Positions 20,363 through 31,142 of a DNA stretch of 64,000 nt are shown in pieces. A model generated the notes under the pieces. The model was given only the letters and a program-made list of their open reading frames with translations, had not been told where the DNA came from and did not search any database. Each line of letters begins with the position of its first letter. Within the stretch, counting starts at the first letter, position 1. A program made the translations under genes and the position numbers. The DNA comes from a bacterium. GTDB taxonomy: Bacteria > Zhuqueibacterota > Zhuqueibacteria > Residuimicrobiales > Krinioviventaceae. The stretch lies in contig OY843751.1 of NCBI GenBank assembly GCA_963693055.1, forward strand, positions 3,712,001-3,776,000, read 5' to 3'.

Positions 20363-21865
20363 TTATTTAACCAGACTGGTATTGGTTTGAAAATCATACA
20401 ATGTTTTTCGTTTCAAGTCTGCTATTGCCAGTTTATAATCAACATATGCTGATAAATATGCCGACTTGGCGCTGACCAGACGATCACGGTTGTCTGCCAA
20501 TACTGTACTGGTTATATCACCGTTATTAAAACGTTCAAGGGTAATATCAAAATTCCTTTGAGCAACAGATTGACGCTTTTCAAGAACATTCAAACGATTT
20601 TCCGCTTCTTTCAATTGACGCACCGCATCTCTCACTTCACGAACGATTGTTTTTTTCTGTTCCTGCAAGTCCAGCTCCCTACTCCGCATGAGTGCTTTGG
20701 CCTGTTCAACTTCTGCCCGGTTTACTCCCCAGTCAAAAATAGGCACAGACAATGTAAATCCTACACTTCGGTTATTGGGACGCCTGTCCATATCTTCCAG
20801 GCTTGAATTCCAAAGTGTACCGGGAGAAGAGTCATAATCCAGGTTGGCATCGCTTACTCCAACCAATTCATAAGAAGCCCACAAATTACCTTCTATAGTG
20901 CTGCGCGCATCTACTTCTTTGATGGTTAGTTTTGCGAGTTCAATATCAATCTCATTTTCACGGATTTCGGACCGGTTTTCAAGCGCAAGCTCTACAGCTT
21001 TATCAAGATTTATATCAAATTCCTGAACATCGATTTCTGTTTGCACTGTCACATTGTCGCTAAAATTCAAACCAATTTCCTGCAAAAACGTATCGCGGGT
21101 ACGTTCCATATCAGATTCTGCAATAACCAGCAGGTTTTCACTTTCCGCAAGGTCAACTTCCATTTCAAGGGCTTCGGTTTCTGCAATGAGCCCCGCATTG
21201 AACTTTTTACTGGCAATATTATACAGCTCTTTTTGCTGATCAACATTGTCCCGCGCTATCTGAAATTGCCGAACACCCTGATAATATTGAAAAAATGCAT
21301 AGGTAACCCGATAAATAATAAACAATTCATTCTGGTTACTTTGTCTTTGTGTACGTTCATAATTCAAATCTGCCTGTTTTAAACCCAGTTTTAAACTGTT
21401 TACGGTGAACAGGGGTTGATCGAATTGCAAACTCAGAGAAGTATAGACATCTTTACGCATAAGATCAGTTGCAGTTTCCGCAAGATAAGTTGATACATCA
21501 CGATGATAAGAGGATCCCCTTAGTCGGATTACACCATCGGTAGGCAGGGGTTGGTTTAAATCCATTCTACCGTAATACATAATACTACCTGTAGTATTAA
21601 AAACAGGCAGAGAATTTTGCACCGGAATAGATGATACCGATTCTTCCCAGTTGGGGAGTTGAAATGACATATCCGCATTGGTTTTAAAACGTCCTTTTGC
21701 GGCAATAAGACCTTGTTCTGCACGCATCAGGTTAAGACGTAGTACTTTCATGTCATAACTTTTTTCAAGTGCAATATCAACAGCATCATCAAGAGTCAGC
21801 ATATAATCAGCAGCAAAGACTGGCATAAAAAAACATAAAATTACAATAGGTAAAATATTTTTCAT
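20363..21865 (-). CDS. TolC-family outer membrane efflux protein
   Basis: Signal peptide; LTLDDAVDIALE, QPLF, ALENR.E, VPIFDWG; coiled-coil repeats. Confidence 0.9.
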   Translation of the reverse strand: MKNILPIVILCFFMPVFAADYMLTLDDAVDIALEKSYDMKVLRLNLMRAEQGLIAAKGRFKTNADMSFQLPNWEESVSSIPVQNSLPVFNTTGSIMYYGRMDLNQPLPTDGVIRLRGSSYHRDVSTYLAETATDLMRKDVYTSLSLQFDQPLFTVNSLKLGLKQADLNYERTQRQSNQNELFIIYRVTYAFFQYYQGVRQFQIARDNVDQQKELYNIASKKFNAGLIAETEALEMEVDLAESENLLVIAESDMERTRDTFLQEIGLNFSDNVTVQTEIDVQEFDINLDKAVELALENRSEIRENEIDIELAKLTIKEVDARSTIEGNLWASYELVGVSDANLDYDSSPGTLWNSSLEDMDRRPNNRSVGFTLSVPIFDWGVNRAEVEQAKALMRSRELDLQEQKKTIVREVRDAVRQLKEAENRLNVLEKRQSVAQRNFDITLERFNNGDITSTVLADNRDRLVSAKSAYLSAYVDYKLAIADLKRKTLYDFQTNTSLVK

Positions 21866-21884
21866 TTTTCATTTGCTCCCGCGG

Positions 21885-23123
21885 TTATTCATATCTCAAG
21901 GCTTCGATAGGATTGATCTCTGATGCACTTTTGGCCGGAAACGTTCCAAATATAACTCCAACCGCACCTGACACACCAAAAGCAACAATTACGGAAATAG
22001 GTGTAATAGCTGTTCTGAATTCAGCAAAGCTGTTGATGACCAATGACATGACTACCCCCAGAATAATACCAACCAATCCGCCGGTAAAAGAGAGCCCAAC
22101 GGCTTCGATCATGAACTGGTAAAGGATTTCTTTGCGTCGTGCTCCTAATGATCTTCGGATACCAATTTCACGGGTTCGCTCCAAAACCGTAGCCAGCATA
22201 ATATTCATAATCCCTATACCGCCTACCAATAAAGAAATTGCCGCAATTGATCCCAAAACCATATTATAGATTCGTGTTTCTTTTTCTTCCTGTTTTAACA
22301 GCTCGTAAGGTATTACAATATCAAAATCGTTATTACCACGATGTCTGCGGTTTACAATTCGTCTCACTACGGCAGCACTTTCCAACAAATTTTGTGAATC
22401 ATCTATCTTGATGGTCAACTGATTAATCTCACTCGCCAATTGCTGTTCTTTATCAAATCTACGCAAAAATGAGGACAATGGTATATAAATATCCTGATTC
22501 AGGTTCCGTGAAGCAAGTTCCCCAACCGTTTCAGTAAACAGAGATTTGGTTCCCATAACGCCAACCACCTCGAACCATTGGTCATCCAGTTTTACTTTTT
22601 TACCTATAGGGTCCTGCACCGGGAACAAATTTTTTTCAACATCTGCGCCCAGCACGCAAACACGTAATTGTCGTTCATGCTGGTCTGGTGTTAAAAAACG
22701 CCCTTTGTCGGTTTCATAATTAAGTATATTTGAAAAATTTGAAGATACCCCAACAACGGTTGATTTGGTAGACTTGTCTTCATATTTTGCATCCATATCC
22801 ATTTCTGTTTGTGATGCAACCATATCCACTGTGGGTACAATTTCCTGTATAGCCTGCGCATCACGCAGTGATAAACCACGAGAAAATTTAGCACGGACTT
22901 CTTCCAACTCTTCCTCGTTCAGGTCTTTGTCTCGAACAATAATATTATTAACGCCCAGCATTTTGTATTTTGCAAGGGCTTCACGTTTGGCGCCTTCACC
23001 AATAGAAAGCATGGCAATTACAGCAGAAACACCAAAAATAATACCCAGCATAGTCAACAGAGAACGCAATCGATGTACTTTGAGTCCTTCCAGCCCTATG
23101 AGTATAATATCCCGCAATTCCAT
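21885..23123 (-). CDS. MacB-like ABC transporter permease (no fused ATPase)
   Basis: LRSLLTMLGIIFGV, LLVGGIGIMNIM, ERTREIGIR, PIEALRYE. Confidence 0.92.
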   Translation of the reverse strand: MELRDIILIGLEGLKVHRLRSLLTMLGIIFGVSAVIAMLSIGEGAKREALAKYKMLGVNNIIVRDKDLNEEELEEVRAKFSRGLSLRDAQAIQEIVPTVDMVASQTEMDMDAKYEDKSTKSTVVGVSSNFSNILNYETDKGRFLTPDQHERQLRVCVLGADVEKNLFPVQDPIGKKVKLDDQWFEVVGVMGTKSLFTETVGELASRNLNQDIYIPLSSFLRRFDKEQQLASEINQLTIKIDDSQNLLESAAVVRRIVNRRHRGNNDFDIVIPYELLKQEEKETRIYNMVLGSIAAISLLVGGIGIMNIMLATVLERTREIGIRRSLGARRKEILYQFMIEAVGLSFTGGLVGIILGVVMSLVINSFAEFRTAITPISVIVAFGVSGAVGVIFGTFPAKSASEINPIEALRYE

Positions 23124-24310
23124 TACACTTCTCCCGTGCTTAAATCCACGACCTTGTCACCCGGTTTGATTCCTTCACCGGAAATAACAACATGTTCATA
23201 ATTTTTAGGACCCAGCTCAACTTTTACTCTTTTCTTTCCGGATCCTTTTTGTAAATATATATAATATTTGCCATCATCTTCTTCAATACACTCGTTTTTA
23301 ACATAGGTTGCATCTTTGATCTGAGAAACCAGAAATTCACAGCTCACTGTCATGCCCGGTCTTACAATGCGCGTAATATCGTCCAACAGCACTTCAACAT
23401 CAAACACCTTGATCTTGGATTCTCGTTCTTTTTTGCGGCACACCTTGCTTACAAAGGTAACAGTGCCAGTAAACTCGTCCTTTGGAAACGCATCGAGCCA
23501 TACCGAAGCCTTTTGTCCCACTTTGATCTTTGTCGCATCTCGTTCATTTACAGTGGTCAGTACTTTCATTTTGCTCAAATCCGGAAGCTTTATAATTCCA
23601 TGCCCTGGTCGTAATTCACTCCCCACTTCAGTTTTGCCCCTCCACCGATGTACATAGTGCACGACCATTCCATCTGCTGGAGCACGCAACATAAAGTTAT
23701 TCATTGTTCGCTCGGCTTTATCTATTGCAGACAATATCTGTTTCTTTTTTTCATCCTGAATGATCAATTCTTCATGATTGAGGATATTCTGCAACTCGAG
23801 CGTTTCACGACATTTTTCAAGTTCTATTTTGGCTATTTTAAATTCAAGTCGTGATATCTCTTTTTGTGCATTGGATTCAAATTGTACACGCTGAGTATCA
23901 ATTATCGCTTTTCGAAACGTAGCTTCAGCGGATTTCAACTCAGCTTCAAGTCCTTTTATTGTTGTTTGCTGTTCCGCTAATAGCTTGTTATAGTCCGCTG
24001 TATATATTTCCAACTCGGATCTACGAGTCCCCAATTCTTTTGCAACAGATGAAGTATCGATCATGCCTACATATTCACCTTTTTTCACACGGGTACCTTC
24101 ATCCACCATATCTGCAACTTTGGGCCTGCCATACTCCCAGTTAAATTGGGGCATAACTACCAGTTTTGAATTCACAGAACGCACTTCACCGGTTTCTGTA
24201 ATTGTGGCCTCAAATGTACCTTTTTGTATTCTGTCGCCACCGGACAAGACCCCGCCACATGCAGCAATTAATGATGCCAATAACGGAAGAGCGATTAACC
24301 ATTTTTTCAT
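23123..24310 (-). CDS. Efflux periplasmic adaptor (MFP) 3, lipoprotein
   Basis: IAAC lipobox; helical hairpin; RAPADG; RPGMTV. Confidence 0.88.
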   Translation of the reverse strand: MKKWLIALPLLASLIAACGGVLSGGDRIQKGTFEATITETGEVRSVNSKLVVMPQFNWEYGRPKVADMVDEGTRVKKGEYVGMIDTSSVAKELGTRRSELEIYTADYNKLLAEQQTTIKGLEAELKSAEATFRKAIIDTQRVQFESNAQKEISRLEFKIAKIELEKCRETLELQNILNHEELIIQDEKKKQILSAIDKAERTMNNFMLRAPADGMVVHYVHRWRGKTEVGSELRPGHGIIKLPDLSKMKVLTTVNERDATKIKVGQKASVWLDAFPKDEFTGTVTFVSKVCRKKERESKIKVFDVEVLLDDITRIVRPGMTVSCEFLVSQIKDATYVKNECIEEDDGKYYIYLQKGSGKKRVKVELGPKNYEHVVISGEGIKPGDKVVDLSTGEV

Positions 24311-25542
24311 GATTCCTCTCCCTTTTCTTTTTCTTCCGGTGCTTTAAAAATTTCAGGATCTACAAGAGCAAGTTCCATATTCGGTTCAATTCCCTCAGCT
24401 ACAATCACATAATCATCATTCTCCGCGCCCAGAGTAACCGGAACCGTATCAAAATCTCTACCTTTTTTTACATATACAATATCCTTACCGTCTTTATGGA
24501 AAACAGCTTCTATAGGTATATATAGTGTATCCGCAATTCGATCAATCACAATTTCGCAACTTACAGTCATACCAGGCATTAACGATTCGTGGGTTCTGTC
24601 AAGATTTACAATGACATCAAACACTTTGACTTTGGAATCACGTTCTTTATTACGAGCTAGGGTTGCAATGTCTGTTACTATACCCGTAAATACCGAATCC
24701 GGATAAGCATCCAAACGAATATTTACCTGCTGCAAGGTATCGATCTTGGCAATGTCCACTTCATTTACCGGGACTTGTGCACTCATCAGTGTCAGATCAG
24801 GAAGTTTTGCTATAGAATTACCCCGCCATACATTATCGTCAACCTGGTATTTATCATCTGTTGAACGGTTTCTTTCAAGAATAGCAATACCGGGAGATGG
24901 TGCGGTTATGGTCAATTTATCAAGAGTGATTTGTGCTTCTTCAAATTTGGTTTCTTCCTGGTGTACCTGAAGCTGTAATTTATTAAGCTCTTCACGGCTT
25001 ACATTTTTCTGGTTTTCAATTTCCTGTTTTGCTTTTTCCAGAGTTATAACCGAACGGTCCAGCTCTAGCTGAATTTCTTTTTTACGGATCTCTGACTCGT
25101 ATGTAGCTTTTTCAAGATTGAGTTGAGATATCTTGTGTTGAAGCTGGGTCTTTTCAAGATCAGATTCCAACTCTTTCATTCTCGATGCATTACTTGCCTG
25201 TGCTTTACGTAATTCCGCCTTGGCAATCTCAAGGGCTGCCTGAGCATCGTCCAGCGCTTTTTTTACTTCTGTTTGATCAAAACGGACAATCAAATCTCCT
25301 TTTTTAACCTGAGCGCCATCTTCAATAATGTCTGTAATCTGCAATCCACCAAAACGCCATGAAATAGACGGTGCTTTAATCATGATGGAATTTACCGCTT
25401 CCAGCTCACCCGTTTCAACAACACTGTACAGGAAATCACCGCGTTTTACTTTATAGGTTTCAATTTCCATTTCAGTTTCGGAACCGCAGCCCACCAATAA
25501 CCAGATTAACAGTAATGCAAATAATAAAATTTTATTCTTCAT
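24307..25542 (-). CDS. Efflux periplasmic adaptor (MFP) 2, lipoprotein
   Basis: LVGC lipobox; TAPSPG; VNEVDI; MPGMTV. Confidence 0.88.
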   Translation of the reverse strand: MKNKILLFALLLIWLLVGCGSETEMEIETYKVKRGDFLYSVVETGELEAVNSIMIKAPSISWRFGGLQITDIIEDGAQVKKGDLIVRFDQTEVKKALDDAQAALEIAKAELRKAQASNASRMKELESDLEKTQLQHKISQLNLEKATYESEIRKKEIQLELDRSVITLEKAKQEIENQKNVSREELNKLQLQVHQEETKFEEAQITLDKLTITAPSPGIAILERNRSTDDKYQVDDNVWRGNSIAKLPDLTLMSAQVPVNEVDIAKIDTLQQVNIRLDAYPDSVFTGIVTDIATLARNKERDSKVKVFDVIVNLDRTHESLMPGMTVSCEIVIDRIADTLYIPIEAVFHKDGKDIVYVKKGRDFDTVPVTLGAENDDYVIVAEGIEPNMELALVDPEIFKAPEEKEKGEES

Positions 25543-25556
25543 GCTTTTGTCCCGAT

Positions 25557-26885
25557 TTATTCAATGGTTTGAGATATTTTTATATCATCTGATAGTTGTG
25601 TTTGAATGGAATCCGCCGCCGGTATGATTTGTGTGGAATCGCTGTTCAGCGAATCAACTGGTATCTTGAATGCTATCAAAGTGTCCGGCCAGTCAACATT
25701 TTTTTCCGGTGGCTGCAAAAGTGCAAGTTCAAGAGCATTTGTAAAATTGCCATGGATAAATGAATAATCATAATCCTGACCGGTTTGAGCAATGGGATAA
25801 GGCTTAAATTTCTTGCCATTTTTTGCATATACAATTTTCACACTGTCATGTTCAAATATACATTCAAGTGGAACAGCCAGAGCATTTTCAATGGTTTCAA
25901 CTTTGATATTACACATAGCAGTCAATCCTGGTACCATCCCCGGGTACGTACTATCCGCTTGAACAATCACATCCACTTTTTTGACTTTGGAGCGCCGTCT
26001 GATGGGTTTGGCCATTTTATCAACAAAGGTTACCTTGCCTGTAAGGTTTAAATCTTTTAATACAGGGATATAGATTATTGCCTTTTGCCCAAGTTTAAGT
26101 TTTTGAGATTCTGTTTCACTTACCTGGAGTTTCACCTGCATTGCCGACATGTCTGGAATTTTGGCAATAGGCCGACCGGGATACACGCGGTCTCCAACCA
26201 GAACCGGTTCATTGCTCCAGCGATTTCTAACATGTACCACATAGCCATCAACAGGTGCCAAAATGGAAAGCTTTTTCAAGTCCTGACTGAATTTATCAAC
26301 ACTGGATTGAGCCTGACGAATGATCAGATTCTGATGGGCCCGTTCTTCTTCCTGAATTGCGGCAAGAAATTCCATCTTTTCCATATTTTTCTGGGCATCC
26401 AGTTCATATTGCTCAATTTGGAGTTGTTTGATTTCTCTGACTTTGGGAGGTTCGAATTCAAGTTTTGAAGACTGGAGTTTAGCGGACTGCATGGAAGCAA
26501 GTGCGTCTTTGTATTGGGATTCATATTGCAAACGCTCTAATTCCAATTCAGCAAATCGCTGTTCTGCATCTGCTTTTGCTACTTGCAATGCATCCAAAGC
26601 GTTTACATAATTATTTTGCAGTTCTTCTGCTTCGAGAGTAAATACCACATCCCCTGCTTTAATATAGGTCCCTTCTTCAGCCAAATAAGCTACCTGCATA
26701 TCCGCCCAAATATGAGGTGCGGGAAGGACCTGAGCCTTGATTGCTTCCAAAACCCCTTCTGCTTCAACCTGAACAGTAAAGTCCTGTCTGGTGGCATGAT
26801 ATGTCAAGATCGCTTTTCCGGATTTGGAATTGCAACCCAACAACAAATAGAATAACAGGAAAACATATATGTTTTTTTTCATCAT
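25557..26885 (-). CDS. Efflux periplasmic adaptor (MFP) 1, lipoprotein
   Basis: Start MMKKNIY with LLGC lipobox; LAPVDG; VPGLTA. Confidence 0.85.
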   Translation of the reverse strand: MMKKNIYVFLLFYLLLGCNSKSGKAILTYHATRQDFTVQVEAEGVLEAIKAQVLPAPHIWADMQVAYLAEEGTYIKAGDVVFTLEAEELQNNYVNALDALQVAKADAEQRFAELELERLQYESQYKDALASMQSAKLQSSKLEFEPPKVREIKQLQIEQYELDAQKNMEKMEFLAAIQEEERAHQNLIIRQAQSSVDKFSQDLKKLSILAPVDGYVVHVRNRWSNEPVLVGDRVYPGRPIAKIPDMSAMQVKLQVSETESQKLKLGQKAIIYIPVLKDLNLTGKVTFVDKMAKPIRRRSKVKKVDVIVQADSTYPGMVPGLTAMCNIKVETIENALAVPLECIFEHDSVKIVYAKNGKKFKPYPIAQTGQDYDYSFIHGNFTNALELALLQPPEKNVDWPDTLIAFKIPVDSLNSDSTQIIPAADSIQTQLSDDIKISQTIE

Positions 26886-26972
26886 GGTTCCTGATTGTTT
26901 TAAATCTATTCTAATAACCGTTTGCCGGTTCTGTTTGGAAATCTTGAGGACTAGATGCAAAGAATATTATAT

Positions 26973-28199
26973 TCAGGGATATATCATATACTTTTTTCGT
27001 AATGTAATAAATTTCTCAACACCAACTTGTAAAACATTGTAAAAACTTTTTCCATCTTGTATGGTCACCCTTACCTTGTCTGTCCCCATTGCGAAATCAA
27101 ACATATTGGTTCTCTCCGAATCAAATATATTATGATCGGGATACAACCGATATAATGCATCAAGAATATGGAATTGTGTCTCCATTGGCCTGTATAAACT
27201 ATAATCTATTATATGTATTTGAACCCCCTCAAGTTCCTTATTTTCAAGAGAAGTATAGTATGGAGTAAAGTACACGGGTCTAAATTTAACTCCGGGAAGG
27301 TCCTGTTTGTTTAAATAATCAGCAAGCTTTTTACCATCAATCCATTCCTGCCCCACCAGTTCAAAAGGCAACGTATAACCAACGCCTCCATTCACTTTAC
27401 TCAACTCGCCCATACATCCGGTTGTTGCGGTAAAAAACGGTGTTGTGCTCTTGGGAATATGCGGAGAAGTAGGTACCCAAACCAGCCCGGTATCATCAAA
27501 ACGCATCCATCTGTGCCAGTTTTTCATGGGGACAATTGTCAAGTCCGCATTGATGCTAAATTCTGTATTAAATAACTGAGCCAGTTCGCCAATGGTTAAT
27601 CCATAGATATACGGAATCTCGTACATGCCGATAAAAGACTTGAAATCCGGTTCCAGCATGGGGCCTTCTACCAGCTCACCGCCTAAAGGATTGGGACGAT
27701 CAAGAACCAAAACAGGCAGATTGTTCTCTGCTGCTGATTTCATAACATTGGCCATGGTATAAATATATGTATATGCTCTTGAGCCGATATCCTGAATGTC
27801 AAATACCAGCACGTCTACATCTTTCAACATCTCAGCAGTGGGCTTTTTTGTTTTTCCATAAAGACTGTAAACGGGCACACCGGTTAATGAATCTGTATAT
27901 GATGCCACCTTTTTACCGGCATCATGACTGCCGCGTACACCATGTTCGGGCCCGAACAAAGCGATCAACTCAACATCGGGATGATTGTAAATCACATCTA
28001 CGCTGCTTTGCAAATCCCGTGTAATACCTGTGGGATTGGTAACCAAACCTACACGTTTACCACTTATCAGGTGCAGACTGTCAGCCATTAATACATCAAT
28101 ACCGGGCAATACAACCGATGATATTTGCGTTTCCGGCTGCTTTGTGCAATATACAACGAGAGATAGAATGAATAAAATTTGTATTAACAATTTAGACAT
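26973..28199 (-). CDS. namZ: Exo-beta-N-acetylmuramidase NamZ (DUF1343)
   Basis: GLVTNPTG, LFGPEHGVRG, YSLYG, FDIQDIGSR.YTY, LDRPNPLGG, WVPTSPHIP. Confidence 0.9.
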   Translation of the reverse strand: MSKLLIQILFILSLVVYCTKQPETQISSVVLPGIDVLMADSLHLISGKRVGLVTNPTGITRDLQSSVDVIYNHPDVELIALFGPEHGVRGSHDAGKKVASYTDSLTGVPVYSLYGKTKKPTAEMLKDVDVLVFDIQDIGSRAYTYIYTMANVMKSAAENNLPVLVLDRPNPLGGELVEGPMLEPDFKSFIGMYEIPYIYGLTIGELAQLFNTEFSINADLTIVPMKNWHRWMRFDDTGLVWVPTSPHIPKSTTPFFTATTGCMGELSKVNGGVGYTLPFELVGQEWIDGKKLADYLNKQDLPGVKFRPVYFTPYYTSLENKELEGVQIHIIDYSLYRPMETQFHILDALYRLYPDHNIFDSERTNMFDFAMGTDKVRVTIQDGKSFYNVLQVGVEKFITLRKKYMIYP

Positions 28200-28211
28200 T
28201 GATGAAAACCA

Positions 28212-29468
28212 TTATTCGTTTTCAATGGGGATAAAAAATAGCATTAATAAACCCGGTATTGTTAATAACAATACCGATACAAAAAACCAGGTGTATCCCA
28301 ATTGCTGCTGCAAAAATCCGCTTAAACCACCGGGAATCATCATACCCAATGCCATAATACCTGTAGAAATGGCATAATGCGATGTTTTATAAGGCTCTTT
28401 GGCAAAATACATGAGGAATACCATAAAGGCGGTAAAGCCTATACCATAACCAAACTGCTCAAAACCCACCAACACATAGATTAGTGCCAGTGAAGGTTTA
28501 TATACTGACATGTAGATATAAACAACATCTGGCAGTTTTAACATCAAAGCCATGGGCCAGAGGCATTTTTTTAGTCCGAATTTAGAGATGAGCCAACCAC
28601 CCACTAATCCACCAATGACCAGCATCAAGACCCCCATGGTACCTTTAACCAGCCCAACGGTTTCGGTAGCCAAGCCCAATCCCCCAGCTTCAATAGGATC
28701 CAGTAAAAATGCGGGAGACATTTTTTCAAGAACCGCTTCACCCAGTCGATAAAGCAAAATAAACAATACAACAACCCATACTTTTTCCTGCTTGAAATAC
28801 GATACAAACACATCAAACATCTCTGTCAAGTCTTTGCCATGCTTTTTCTCAATCGTATTTTCTGGATAGGGTAAATAAAACCTATGAAACAGAAACATAA
28901 TTAAAAACAACAGACCGGTGAATCCCATTACGACCTGCCAACTCGCAGCCATTGAAAATGATCGTTTTTGCAGCAATCCAGCCAAAACAACCAGAAAACC
29001 GGATCCAAAAATAACAGCAATACGATAAAATGTGGATCTGACACCAACATATAAGGATTGCATTTTTTCAGACAACGACAGCATATAATAACCGTCAATG
29101 GCAATATCATGCGTGGCGGAAACAAAGGCAAGAGCTGAAAACACAATTATACTGGCAAGAATATAAAAATTAAACTGAAGAAAAGCGGCAAGTAAAAATA
29201 ATCCTACACCTAGTAAAAGCTCAGAGTAAACAACCCAGTTGCGTTTTGTAGATTGGGTATCAACCAACGGGGCCCACAGCATTTTAATTACCCAGGGCCA
29301 CATAAATATAAGTGCAGTTAACCCTATAAACTGGTTTGAAGCGCCCAGATTTTTATACATGATCACAGAGACACTATTGATCACTATATATGGTAAACCC
29401 TCTGCAAAATAAAGAGTTGGGACAAAAATCCACGGTTTGCGGTCAGGCCGCGAAGCAGTATCAGCCAT
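28212..29468 (-). CDS. ampG: AmpG-like MFS muropeptide transporter
   Basis: PTLYFAEGLPY, PWVIKMLWAP, SATHDIAIDG, YKTSHYAISTG; about 12 TM segments. Confidence 0.82.
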   Translation of the reverse strand: MADTASRPDRKPWIFVPTLYFAEGLPYIVINSVSVIMYKNLGASNQFIGLTALIFMWPWVIKMLWAPLVDTQSTKRNWVVYSELLLGVGLFLLAAFLQFNFYILASIIVFSALAFVSATHDIAIDGYYMLSLSEKMQSLYVGVRSTFYRIAVIFGSGFLVVLAGLLQKRSFSMAASWQVVMGFTGLLFLIMFLFHRFYLPYPENTIEKKHGKDLTEMFDVFVSYFKQEKVWVVVLFILLYRLGEAVLEKMSPAFLLDPIEAGGLGLATETVGLVKGTMGVLMLVIGGLVGGWLISKFGLKKCLWPMALMLKLPDVVYIYMSVYKPSLALIYVLVGFEQFGYGIGFTAFMVFLMYFAKEPYKTSHYAISTGIMALGMMIPGGLSGFLQQQLGYTWFFVSVLLLTIPGLLMLFFIPIENE

Positions 29469-29503
29469 ACAAATAAACAATCAGATTAATTATATTTCAA
29501 TTT

Positions 29504-30076
29504 TCAGGAATTACTGCGCAGATCTTTTTTCAGTCGCTTAATTTCATCTCGTATCTTGGCGGCATCTTCATAGCGTTCATCTTGAACAGCACTGCGAAGG
29601 TCAACATTCAACTGTTCCAAACGGTCCCCCGGGGCCAGTTCTTCATCAAAAACTTCTTCATCACCCTTGGTTTCATTCTCTGTTATCGACGCTTTTGACA
29701 TTACATCTTCTTCAACAAAAATGTCCGCTTTCATCCGTAAGGCTAGTGCAATAGCGTCACTGGGACGCGCATCAATATTTTTCACTTCACCATTAACATC
29801 CAACCCCAAAAGAGCAAAATAGGTATTATCCCTCAAATCATTTACAATAATACGTGAGATATAAACATCTATAGTTTCAAGTAGATTTTTAATCAAATCA
29901 TGGGTCAAAGGCCTCGGAGGAGAAATATTTTCCAACTGTAATGCTATCGCTTGAGCTTCTGTTGAACCGACGACTATGGGCAGCCATCGATTCAGTTTTT
30001 CATCTTTGAGAATAACGACAAAACGACTGGTCGCTGTGTCTAATGTTACACGTTCTACTTTAACGCGAACCAGCAT
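29504..30076 (-). CDS. Bifunctional nuclease family protein (DUF151) with C-terminal UVR domain
   Basis: LPIVVG..EAQAI, RPLTHDL, IDARPSDAIALA, ERYEDAAKIRD. Confidence 0.92.
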   Translation of the reverse strand: MLVRVKVERVTLDTATSRFVVILKDEKLNRWLPIVVGSTEAQAIALQLENISPPRPLTHDLIKNLLETIDVYISRIIVNDLRDNTYFALLGLDVNGEVKNIDARPSDAIALALRMKADIFVEEDVMSKASITENETKGDEEVFDEELAPGDRLEQLNVDLRSAVQDERYEDAAKIRDEIKRLKKDLRSNS

Positions 30077-30118
30077 TAACTTTCCTCCGTATTCAGAATA
30101 ACTACTTTTTGATCTGTA

Positions 30119-30147
30119 ATTTTACTAATTTTTCGTTCCAGTGTCAA
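30119..30147 (-). promoter_or_regulatory. Sigma70 promoter for the DUF151-ampG-namZ-efflux operon
   Basis: TTGACA-17 bp-TAAAAT on the minus strand, about 42 bp before the start codon. Confidence 0.7.
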
Positions 30148-30180
30148 GGTTTATTTTTATGATTTTTAATAACATACACC

Positions 30181-30546
30181 TTAATCCTCAAGGTCCAGTT
30201 TGCAAGACAAAAATTGACGATTTCGAGCGATCCATGCATATATTACTGGTGACAGTTTACGGAAAAACGGTAATCTCAAAATTCTGGCAATCCAGCGCCA
30301 TCGTTTTAAATTCGTAATAATCTCGGGTATACCGTCTGCACCGCTCAAAACTGAACCATCATTCAAAATTACTTGTATTGCGGTCATACAGGCATCGGTT
30401 GTTATCTGCGGAAAACGTTCTTTACGTTCATCAGACTGACAGGTAACATACTCGAAGCGATTTGGCAGTTGGTTTTTCTTAATCCAACGAACGCTCGCCT
30501 GGCATAATCCACATTCACCATCATATATTATAACTATTTTTTTCAA
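30181..30546 (-). CDS. DCC-family thiol-disulfide oxidoreductase (DUF393)
   Basis: YDGECGLC motif; Y.WIARNR. Confidence 0.88.
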   Translation of the reverse strand: MKKIVIIYDGECGLCQASVRWIKKNQLPNRFEYVTCQSDERKERFPQITTDACMTAIQVILNDGSVLSGADGIPEIITNLKRWRWIARILRLPFFRKLSPVIYAWIARNRQFLSCKLDLED

Positions 30547-30678
30547 AAGAATATGCGTTTTAAATTCACAATTATATCAAAAAAGTTGCATCACAATTCA
30601 TAATTTTGTATGTTGACAATCAATTGGAAATCAATTTATTGTCTTTAATCACCATTTCCTCATAATTACGGAGCCAAA

Positions 30679-31137
30679 ATGCTAACATTTGAAAATGCAA
30701 TTATTAAAAAATACTGGCCGGCTGAAAACAAGGTTGATGATGATATAATCCGTCAGGTTCATATACAGACAGAAGTCGAAATAGACAATTCCATGCAGGT
30801 TGCAGAGCTATATAACAATATGGTTCGCGGCCTTGTCAAAGTAGTACTGCTCGATACCTTGACTGGTGAAGAATACACCCTTCCTCCGGTTACTATCAGA
30901 CCCTTTAATGTAAAACAAAAGTCTGTTAAAACCGGCAAAGGTCGTGAAGCCGAAATCAGCAAAACCGAAATCGCTTCAATGACACTGGTAAGTAAATTAA
31001 GCGACAATAACGGAAGTACCATATTGTCCGACCTGTACCGGTTCTTTCATATTCAGATCACTATCAACATGTATGAACTCCAACTCGCAGACACGGTAGA
31101 AACCGACGAAAGCGAAGAAGAAGACGAATTAATCTAA
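30679..31137 (+). CDS. Hypothetical protein with acidic C-terminal tail
   Basis: 152 aa; GGAG RBS. Confidence 0.7.
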   Translation: MLTFENAIIKKYWPAENKVDDDIIRQVHIQTEVEIDNSMQVAELYNNMVRGLVKVVLLDTLTGEEYTLPPVTIRPFNVKQKSVKTGKGREAEISKTEIASMTLVSKLSDNNGSTILSDLYRFFHIQITINMYELQLADTVETDESEEEDELI

Positions 31138-31142
31138 TCTGT

